NCBI GenBank assembly: GCA_964602025.1
Contig: CAZRQI010000001.1
Coordinates: 1 to 42,077 of the forward strand
Length of the DNA: 42,077 nucleotides
Source: an uncultured Veillonellaceae bacterium
GTDB lineage: Bacteria > Bacillota > Negativicutes > UBA1444
Direction: 5' to 3'
A program made the position numbers and the translations under genes. Below, one piece after another: positions 10,639 through 17,327 of the stretch. The notes beneath the pieces are model-generated. The model saw only the letters and a list, made by a program, of their open reading frames with translations, searched no databases and had not been told where the DNA came from. Positions within the stretch are counted from its first letter, which is position 1. Every line of letters begins with the position of its first letter.

Positions 10639-11319
10639 CTAAGAGGCAAAATACATGAACTCGTCCGCAACTTTCACATCGTTCAGCACCGTTCCGATCA
10701 CCTTTGCCCTGGCGCCGTTCAATAACTCCACCGCTTTCTTCGCCGTCTGCGTTTTTACGGACCGGCTGTCGATGACCAGGATGACTCCATCGACTTTGGA
10801 CGCCACAATGCAGGCATCGGAGAGTATGTTGGAAGAACGGATGATCAACGGGGCGCAAACGATACAAACATAGTCCGCCATCGTCTTCAAGGTCTCCAGA
10901 ACTTCCCGCAGTTTGGGGTTGGAGAGCAATTCCACGGGCCCGACCGGAACCGATCCGCTGGACAAGACTTTGAGTCCGGCGATATCCGTGTCCTGCAGCA
11001 TTTCCTCGACATCTCTTTCCTGAATGACAATGTTGGTCAGGCCAAAAACATTGACGTTGAAAATTTCGTGCAATACCGGGCGCCGCATGTCACAATCCAC
11101 TAAAATAACTTTTTTGCCGGCATACGCCAAGGTTGCCGCAGTGTTGACAGCTGCCATCGAATCGCCTTCACCGGTAGTAACGGTCGAAAACAAGATGGTT
11201 TTGGCGCCGGTTTCCGCCTGTGTCTCCTGCAGTGTCGAACTCAGAACCCGGAAGGATTCGGCAACCGCCGACTGTTCACGGTCCCGGATGATATATCGAG
11301 CTTGTTTTCCCACGATCAT
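10639..11319 (-). CDS. CpsD/CapB-type BY-kinase homologue with degenerate Walker A/B motifs (predicted pseudokinase)
   Basis: Full-length similarity to PtkA/CapB (AESFRVL..., Walker A' VILVDCDMRRP, LSSG..P..P.ELL). However, Walker A is TTGEGDSM (GAT at 11163..11161 where Lys is expected), Walker B is YVCIVCAPL (Asp to Cys), and the C-terminus EFMYFAS has a single Tyr. ATGA overlap with the PCP gene. Confidence 0.75.
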   Translation of the reverse strand: MIVGKQARYIIRDREQSAVAESFRVLSSTLQETQAETGAKTILFSTVTTGEGDSMAAVNTAATLAYAGKKVILVDCDMRRPVLHEIFNVNVFGLTNIVIQERDVEEMLQDTDIAGLKVLSSGSVPVGPVELLSNPKLREVLETLKTMADYVCIVCAPLIIRSSNILSDACIVASKVDGVILVIDSRSVKTQTAKKAVELLNGARAKVIGTVLNDVKVADEFMYFAS

Positions 11320-12689
11320 CCCTCCTGACTTTTTGCTTCTGCGGATTTGATCACTTGCGGCACCCTAGGCGTAAAGTTGCTCCAGGCTTTTTCCGGTTCT
11401 TTTTGCAGGCCATAGCTGGGAATACTGCCGATCACCCGGAGTCCAAGATAATTCTTGACATCTTCCGCCGTGTCGATCGTCTTGCGGAAATAATCGACGA
11501 AAAATGCGGCGGTAACACCGGAAAACAGACCAATCAGGCCGGCGATCGCCAAATTCAGCAGCCATCGCGGCCGAGCGGTTTTTTCTGGCATTGCGGCGAC
11601 ATCGACGACCTGAACGTTGGTCGGTTGCATCACTTCACTGATCCGGGCGTCTTCATACCGCTTGGCCAGCATGACATAGAGTTCCTGCGCCACCGTATAG
11701 TTGAGCATCAGCCGGGCGAGGCCTTGTTCTTTGGCCGGCAGCGCAGCCATCTCCTGTTCTTCCTGGCTGCTAAGTCTGGCAATTGTGGCCCGCTGGGTTT
11801 GTCCCAACGCCAGCTCGCCTTGGGCCACCCGTTTCATCTCTTCGTTCAGTTTCGCTTTGTTTTCACTCATGGCCGCTTGCAAGGTTTTCACCTTGGGATG
11901 CTTTTCCGTATGGTTTTTCAGCAATGCGGCAAGCTCGGCTTCCTGGTCGGCAAGACGGCTTTTCAGATTTGTGATCGTGGGCGTATCGGAAATTAACGCC
12001 GGCGATTTCACCTGGGCCCAAGCCTTCTCCAGCGCCAGCTGATTGTCCACCGCCAATCTTCGCAGATTTGCCTGGCGTTCCACAAAAGTTCTCGTTTGGT
12101 CACTGATGGACACCGTCTGGTTTTTTGACTTGAAGTCAACCAAGGCTTGTTCTGTTTTATCCAATTCCCGCTTGGCTTCTTCCAGTCGGCCGCCAATAAA
12201 CATCCGGGATTCTTTCCCCTGGAGTCTGACAATGTCCGTCAATTTCGCATTAAATGTCGTCAATAGGAAATCCGCCGCTTTTTGCGCTTCCGCCGGAGTT
12301 CCCGCCAGGATGCTCAACACCAGCATGTCGGTCCCGCGGACAGGCTTGGCGTCGATCCGTTTGGCCATGTCCTCGTAGAGCGGCTTTTCCTCCGCATCGG
12401 CGTACAGATACTCAATGATCGGTTGAACAACGGCCCGGCTTTTGGCAATTTCCGCATAGGTCATGATCTGTTGCGTAATCATCTGATCGGATGGCAGCGC
12501 CGAAAGACGGTCGTTCAACCCCAGCGGGTATTGGACCCGGAGGCTTACCGTGCCTTCATACTGGGTTGGTTGCAAAAAGCTGAAGATCAGCGCGGCAAGG
12601 ATCATTGCACCCAAAACGCCGCCGATGATTTTGCGCCGTCGCCCGATAATTGTGGCAATGGTACGCATCTCCAATTTTTCCTCGTACAT
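11316..12689 (-). CDS. polysaccharide co-polymerase (PCP / Wzz-GumC family chain-length determinant) with long coiled-coil extracytoplasmic domain
   Basis: SD GGGGAGG plus ATG at 12689; the track start at 12740 is probably too long. TM1 is IIGGVLGAMILAALIFSF and the Wzz motif is PTQYEGTVSLRV. A heptad-rich region of about 300 aa follows, then TM2 LLNLAIAGLIGLFSGVTAAFFV and the tail EDVKNYLGLRVIGSIP. Confidence 0.75.
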   Translation of the reverse strand: MYEEKLEMRTIATIIGRRRKIIGGVLGAMILAALIFSFLQPTQYEGTVSLRVQYPLGLNDRLSALPSDQMITQQIMTYAEIAKSRAVVQPIIEYLYADAEEKPLYEDMAKRIDAKPVRGTDMLVLSILAGTPAEAQKAADFLLTTFNAKLTDIVRLQGKESRMFIGGRLEEAKRELDKTEQALVDFKSKNQTVSISDQTRTFVERQANLRRLAVDNQLALEKAWAQVKSPALISDTPTITNLKSRLADQEAELAALLKNHTEKHPKVKTLQAAMSENKAKLNEEMKRVAQGELALGQTQRATIARLSSQEEQEMAALPAKEQGLARLMLNYTVAQELYVMLAKRYEDARISEVMQPTNVQVVDVAAMPEKTARPRWLLNLAIAGLIGLFSGVTAAFFVDYFRKTIDTAEDVKNYLGLRVIGSIPSYGLQKEPEKAWSNFTPRVPQVIKSAEAKSQEG

Positions 12690-12736
12690 AATTGTGCCTC
12701 CCCAATGTTGAATTTTTTCTCGCTCTCCCGCACAGG

Positions 12737-13438
12737 TCACCGCTTGTTGGTGTCGGAAATCCAGGTAAGCATGTAGGCGGCATTGATGAGCGGCACAATA
12801 TCTCTGGCAAAATCAATCCGATGATTTTCCGTCAGATATACAACGTCGCCCTGTTGAAGGGGATAGTTTTTGCTGGTATCGCCTTCCTTGAGCAAAGACA
12901 TGAGATTGACCTTTAGTGGTGGCTTGCCGTTTTGATCCTTGCGGATAATGAAAACCTTGGTTTTCGCCGCATCTTTGGTCCAGCCGCGCGCCGCGCCAAT
13001 CGCATCCAACAGATTTCGGCTCTTATCCAGTTCATACGCTCCCGGTTGGTTGACTTCGCCCAGGACATAGATCCGATCCGTGCCGAAGCGCATAATGTTT
13101 ATGCTGAGAACCGGATTCACGTAGATCTCGCCCAATTGTTCCGAAAGAAGTTTGGCGAAATCCTTTACCGTCATGTCTTTTGCCGCGATTTCCCCCAGGA
13201 ATGGATAGGTCAGCTTTCCATCCGGACGAATCGTCAGTCCTTCCATATGCCCCTGATTGGGAAAACTCAGTTCCGGATACCCAAACACATTGATCGATAA
13301 CATGTCGCCCGGGTGCAGTATATAGGCGCCATTGGCATTGTTGGCGCCCGGCGCGGGCGCCGGGTTCGGTTCAGCCGCCAACGCTCCTGTATGCGGCAGG
13401 ATCACCAGAATCATCAACAGGAACAACCATTTTTTCAT
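12737..13438 (-). CDS. polysaccharide export protein, Wza-like (Poly_export + SLBB), paralogue 1
   Basis: SD AGGGGGTG plus ATG at 13438. Signal peptide MKKWLFLLMILVILPHTGALA/AE. Poly_export pattern YILHPGDMLSINVFGYPELS...IRPDGKLTYPFLGEI and SLBB pattern RIYVLGEVNQPGAYEL...LLDAIGAARG. Confidence 0.75.
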   Translation of the reverse strand: MKKWLFLLMILVILPHTGALAAEPNPAPAPGANNANGAYILHPGDMLSINVFGYPELSFPNQGHMEGLTIRPDGKLTYPFLGEIAAKDMTVKDFAKLLSEQLGEIYVNPVLSINIMRFGTDRIYVLGEVNQPGAYELDKSRNLLDAIGAARGWTKDAAKTKVFIIRKDQNGKPPLKVNLMSLLKEGDTSKNYPLQQGDVVYLTENHRIDFARDIVPLINAAYMLTWISDTNKR

Positions 13439-13519
13439 TTGTACACCCCCTAAATATTCACGATTCCTGATTATTGAGCCCATCAAAGCTTTAGATTTCC
13501 ATGCCAACCAGAAAGCTGA

Positions 13520-14275
13520 TTAGCGGCAACCATCATCTGGTTTCGGGGGATTGGGGGGTTGCGACGTTTGTGGATTCAGCGTCGTCTGTGTAGTTTGTGT
13601 AGTTTGGTTATCGGAATTCAACTGATTGAATTTCGCCAATTGATACGCCGCATTGACCAGGGGAAGAAGGTCCGCCGCAATGTTGAGTTTATTGGAACCG
13701 ACCAAAAATACGACATCGCCTTCACGGAGCAGATAATTCGTGCTGGTATCCCCATTTTCTAATAAGCTCATCAGATTGACCTTGAGCGGCGGTTTGCCGT
13801 TCTGATCCTTGCGAATGATGAAAACCTTGGTTTTCGCCGCATCGGTTCGCCAGCCGCTGGCAGCGCCGATTGCATCCAGCAATGTCCGAACTTTGTCCAG
13901 TTCGTAGGACCCGGGTCGGTTCACTTCCCCCAAAACGTAAATCCTTTCTTTGCCATACCGCATGACGTTTACGCTGACAACGGAGTTTACATATACTCCC
14001 TTGAGGCGTTCCGCCAAGAGGTTTGCCAACTGATCCGCCGTCAATCCCTGCGTGGAAACCTCGCCCAAGAACGGATAGGCTATTTTCCCATCCAAGCCGA
14101 TCGTAATGCCGGGCCCAGCTTTTGTTTGCGGGAAGCTCAGGTCGGGATAGCCGGCGACATTGATCGACAGCACATCGCCCGGATGCAAAATATAAGGGAG
14201 GTATAGTTCAGCGGCCAATACACCGGTGTTCGGGTAAATCAACAAGAGCATCAGTAGCAGAAACCATTTTTTCAT
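13520..14275 (-). CDS. polysaccharide export protein, Wza-like (Poly_export + SLBB), paralogue 2 with low-complexity Q/T/P tail
   Basis: SD GGAGGGG plus ATG at 14275. Signal peptide MKKWFLLLMLLLIYPNTGVLA/AE. By eye it resembles paralogue 1 along most of its length, including the identical block DAAKTKVFIIRKDQNGKPPLKVNLMSLL. C-terminal tail is NQTTQTTQTTLNPQTSQPPNPPKPDDGCR. Confidence 0.75.
   Translation of the reverse strand: MKKWFLLLMLLLIYPNTGVLAAELYLPYILHPGDVLSINVAGYPDLSFPQTKAGPGITIGLDGKIAYPFLGEVSTQGLTADQLANLLAERLKGVYVNSVVSVNVMRYGKERIYVLGEVNRPGSYELDKVRTLLDAIGAASGWRTDAAKTKVFIIRKDQNGKPPLKVNLMSLLENGDTSTNYLLREGDVVFLVGSNKLNIAADLLPLVNAAYQLAKFNQLNSDNQTTQTTQTTLNPQTSQPPNPPKPDDGCR
13580..13606 (-). 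repeat. in-frame 9-nt tandem repeat encoding (Q-T-T)x3
   Basis: Minus strand reads CAAACTACA CAAACTACA CAGACGACG. On the plus strand, tgtagtttg occurs twice (13589..13606) and cgtcgtctg once (13580..13588). Confidence 0.8.
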
Positions 14276-14324
14276 CGGCTTCCCCTCCATTCCTTACGCC
14301 ACGCGCGCAGCTGATTCGAACGCA

Positions 14325-14615
14325 TCAGGCCTGCTTGTTGGCGGCAAAAATCGCCGTAGCTTTGATCAAAATTTCATTGGTCAATTCCATGTCCGCCAAA
14401 CGCCGTTTTGCTTCCGCCAATTCCTTTTCCAGTTGCACCAATCGCAGTCGGTCCAAATGTTTCTGGTCCTCGCGTTGGTTAAGCCAGTTGCGCAGAGTCT
14501 GATCACTGATGTCAAACTGTTTGGCTGTTCCGGCAATAGTATTGCCAGGCTGACGACTGTGGGCAATGACTTTCTTCTTAAAATCTGCGTTGTAACGATT
14601 GCCTTTTTTCGACAT
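14325..14615 (-). CDS. IS3-family transposase OrfA (HTH_Tnp_1 type), solo
   Basis: SD GGAGGAG plus ATG at 14615. MSKKGNRYNADFKKKVIAHSRQPGNTIAGTAKQFDISDQTLRNWLNQ..., followed by leucine-zipper-like LVQLEKELAEAKRRLADMELTNEILIKATAIFAANKQA, is the typical IS3 OrfA layout. The longer 145-aa track ORF is an upstream extension. Confidence 0.8.
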   Translation of the reverse strand: MSKKGNRYNADFKKKVIAHSRQPGNTIAGTAKQFDISDQTLRNWLNQREDQKHLDRLRLVQLEKELAEAKRRLADMELTNEILIKATAIFAANKQA

Positions 14616-14792
14616 CTTCTTCTCCTCCACTGGGATATTGATTTTAAAAATACCAACTGCGTTCTCGGAAAAAACAAAAGGATTGCCGACTAACGGCGCA
14701 TTGCGCCGGCAGCCTGGCAATCCTGGACGTATTACGTCGACAGATCCATAGCATTGCGTCACTGTCTTTCGACAGTTTTGCCCACTGGTTCA
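14325..14792 (-). mobile_element. IS3-family insertion sequence remnant (left end + orfA only; orfB and right end missing)
   Basis: Candidate left inverted repeat TGAACCAGTGGGCAAAACTGTCGAAAGACAG (minus strand, outer end at 14792) resembles the TGAAC...CAAAA-type termini of IS3 elements. There is no orfB, no obvious A6G/A7 slippery site and no right IR. The SD of the Wza-like gene starts about 35 nt after the orfA stop. The outer boundary is an inference. Confidence 0.45.
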
Positions 14793-14975
14793 ATATTCGT
14801 TTGTCAATTGCCGTATCTTCCCTTATCGGTCCGGTCCAAACATAAACTTCACCTATCGGCCCAAGTTGGGGAAAAGATGCCAAAAAGCTCATTTTTCGGA
14901 GTTCTTGACCAACTTGTGGCTTGATTGTATCCCATTTCATTTCTAACTTCATTATCGCCCCGGTTTAACAAACAC

Positions 14976-15008
14976 AAAAAAAAAAATGCGAGAATTATCC
15001 AACTCGCA
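14976..15008 (-). terminator. putative intrinsic terminator (second of a tandem pair downstream of pdp)
   Basis: Minus strand reads TGCGAG-ttggataatt-CTCGCA followed by T11 (plus-strand A run 14976..14986). The stem is short (6 bp) but the U-tract is very long. Confidence 0.45.
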
Positions 15009-15060
15009 CAAAAGACAATAAGCAACTTTATGAAAATCCCTTACCCAATTTTTAAACTCA

Positions 15061-15094
15061 AAAAAAGCCTGGAATATCGGCTATTCCAGGCTTT
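15061..15094 (-). terminator. rho-independent terminator of pdp
   Basis: Minus strand reads GCCTGGAATA-gccga-TATTCCAGGC followed by TTTTTTGAGTTT. The 5' arm overlaps the last codons and the TAG stop of pdp. Confidence 0.75.
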
Positions 15095-16409
15095 GCCAAC
15101 CCATTTCATCAAGGATGCCGGCAATCAGAGGTTCCCCTTTTTTCGCCGCCGTTCCCATCGCAATCGCTTCCTCAACACGCCGCCGAGCCGGCGTTGGATC
15201 CACACTAGCCTTATAATACAAGGTCGCCATCAATTCCCCGGCCTGGACAAAATCGCCGCAGCGTCGATGCAACCGGATACCGGCTGTCAGATCAATCACA
15301 TCATCCTTTTGGGCTCGGCCGGCGCCCAGCAGAATGGCGGCATGTCCCAACCGGGCTGAATCCAGTCCAAGGATATAGCCCTCCCTTTCTGAACGGATCT
15401 CCAGACTGCGCTCCGCAACCCCCAGGCGTTCCGGCTCGGTCATGAACCGGGCATCGCCGCCCTGAGCGACAACAAACTCCTGAAATTTCGACAATGCCGC
15501 GCCCCTGTCCAATGCGGTCCGGACGGCTGCCACCGCCGTTGCGCTGTTACATCCCGGATCCGCCAGCATCAGCAGCCTGGTCGCCATAAACAGGCAAAAA
15601 TCCCGCAATCGCCTATCGCCGGCGCCGGACAGGACTTCCAGCGCTTCTCGCACTTCCAGGCTATTGCCGATCGCCGTGCCCAGAGGTTCGGCCATTCCGG
15701 TCACCAGAGCCACCGTCTGCCGACCGGCGCCGATGCCGATGTCCACCATCACTTGCGCCAGTTTTTTGGCCGACTCAATATCCTTCATGAACGCGCCGCC
15801 GCCAAATTTGACATCCAGGAGGATCTTGTCCGCGCCCGCAGCGATTTTTTTGCTCATAACGGAAGCGGCGATCAACGGCAGGCTATCCACTGTCGCCGAA
15901 ACGTCCCGCAAGGCATAGATCTTGCCATCGGCCGGCGCAAGCTCGCTGGTCTGTCCGACGATCGCCAAACCGATCCGCCGGACCTGGTCGATAAATTCCG
16001 CAGTACCCAGCGTCGTACGAAAACCGGGAATCGATTCCAGCTTGTCGATGGTGCCGCCGGTAAATCCCAGTCCCCGCCCCGCCATTTTGGCGACCTTAAG
16101 GCCGAGCGAGGCCGCCAGGGGAGCGACAATCAGGGTAGTCGTGTCCGCCACGCCGCCGGTACTGTGTTTGTCGACCTTGACGCCTTCAATCATCGATAGG
16201 TCGAGGATCTTTCCGGATTGCGCCATTGCCAGCGTCAATTCCACCATTTCCGCCTTCGAAAGTCCCCGGAACCACACCGCCATCAACCAGGCGGAAATCT
16301 GGTAATCCGGAATTTCACCCGTCATAACTCCTTCAACAATATGCCGGATCTCGACTTCATCGTGAACGCCGCCGGTTTTCTTCTTTTCGATCAGGTCCAC
16401 CATGCGCAT
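15081..16409 (-). CDS. pdp: pyrimidine-nucleoside (thymidine) phosphorylase
   Basis: 442 aa with DLIEKKKTGG, KHSTGGVADTTTL and MAGRGLGFTGGTIDKLESIPG signatures of the thymidine/pyrimidine-nucleoside phosphorylase family. Confidence 0.9.
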   Translation of the reverse strand: MRMVDLIEKKKTGGVHDEVEIRHIVEGVMTGEIPDYQISAWLMAVWFRGLSKAEMVELTLAMAQSGKILDLSMIEGVKVDKHSTGGVADTTTLIVAPLAASLGLKVAKMAGRGLGFTGGTIDKLESIPGFRTTLGTAEFIDQVRRIGLAIVGQTSELAPADGKIYALRDVSATVDSLPLIAASVMSKKIAAGADKILLDVKFGGGAFMKDIESAKKLAQVMVDIGIGAGRQTVALVTGMAEPLGTAIGNSLEVREALEVLSGAGDRRLRDFCLFMATRLLMLADPGCNSATAVAAVRTALDRGAALSKFQEFVVAQGGDARFMTEPERLGVAERSLEIRSEREGYILGLDSARLGHAAILLGAGRAQKDDVIDLTAGIRLHRRCGDFVQAGELMATLYYKASVDPTPARRRVEEAIAMGTAAKKGEPLIAGILDEMGWQSLE

Positions 16410-16425
16410 TTCGCCGCCCCCCCAA

Positions 16426-17313
16426 CTATGCCCGGGGATGAGTCCGGTTGTAGACTTCCTTCAACCGGGTCCGGGTCACATGCGTATAAATCTGCGTGGT
16501 CGTGATATCGACATGTCCCAGCATTTCCTGAACCGAACGGAGATCGGCCCCATGGTCGAGCAGATGGGTGGCGAACGAATGCCGCAGCATATGCGGCGTC
16601 ACCGTTTTGGCAATCCCGGCCTGCCTGGCTTTCGCCTGGATAATCAGCCAGAAAGCCTGCCGGGTCATTTTTTGACCGCGCCGGTTGAGAAACAACGTGT
16701 CCTCCAGCGAACGGCTCAAGAGTTTCGGCCGCCCCCGGTTCAAGTAGTCCCGCACCGCCGATTGGGCAATCTCGCCCATCGGGACGATTCGTTCCTTGGA
16801 TCCTTTGCCGAAACAACGGATGTACCCCATGTCCATGTTCACATCGTTCACTTTCAGGGAAACCAGTTCCGACACTCGGACTCCGGTAGCGTACATCATT
16901 TCCAGCATTGCACGGTCGCGCAGTCCGGACGGAGTCAGCTCAGCCGGTTGCTCGAGCAATGCGGCGATTTCTTTTTCATCCAGTACTTTCGGCAGACGCA
17001 GCGGGGTTTTCATGGATTCGATCATGCCGGAGGGATCTTTCTTCAGCACCCGTTCCCGAACGGCATATTGACAGTAATTGCGAATCGCCGCCAATTTTCG
17101 GGATATGGAGGTAGTCCGCAAGCCATCGGTTTGGAGGCTGCGAAGATATTTCACCAGTGTGGGCGGTTGCAGCTGATCCACGTTCAGAATTTCATTATCC
17201 TTCAAATAGTTTAAAAACTGCCGCAGATCCCGTTCGTAGGCAAGAATCGTATTCTTCGCCAAGCCCCGTTCCACCGCAATATAATGCAAAAACTCCTGCA
17301 ATAGTTCTTCCAT
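16426..17313 (-). CDS. xerD: site-specific tyrosine recombinase XerD
   Basis: SD AGGAG plus ATG at 17313; the track TTG at 17331 is less likely. N-terminal SAM-like domain FLHYIAVERGLAKNTILAYERDL. C-terminal catalytic region TPHMLRHSFATHLLDHGADLRSVQEMLGHVDITTTQIYTHV. Confidence 0.85.
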   Translation of the reverse strand: MEELLQEFLHYIAVERGLAKNTILAYERDLRQFLNYLKDNEILNVDQLQPPTLVKYLRSLQTDGLRTTSISRKLAAIRNYCQYAVRERVLKKDPSGMIESMKTPLRLPKVLDEKEIAALLEQPAELTPSGLRDRAMLEMMYATGVRVSELVSLKVNDVNMDMGYIRCFGKGSKERIVPMGEIAQSAVRDYLNRGRPKLLSRSLEDTLFLNRRGQKMTRQAFWLIIQAKARQAGIAKTVTPHMLRHSFATHLLDHGADLRSVQEMLGHVDITTTQIYTHVTRTRLKEVYNRTHPRA

Positions 17314-17327
17314 ACGCCGCACTCCTG

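Noticed and set aside
14644-14952. 102-aa minus-strand ORF upstream of IS3 orfA
   Set aside because: It has no recognisable motif or SD and overlaps the orfA leader. It also crosses the inferred IS left end at 14792, so it would be a chimera of IS and non-IS DNA. It is kept only as part of the unassigned-spacer finding.
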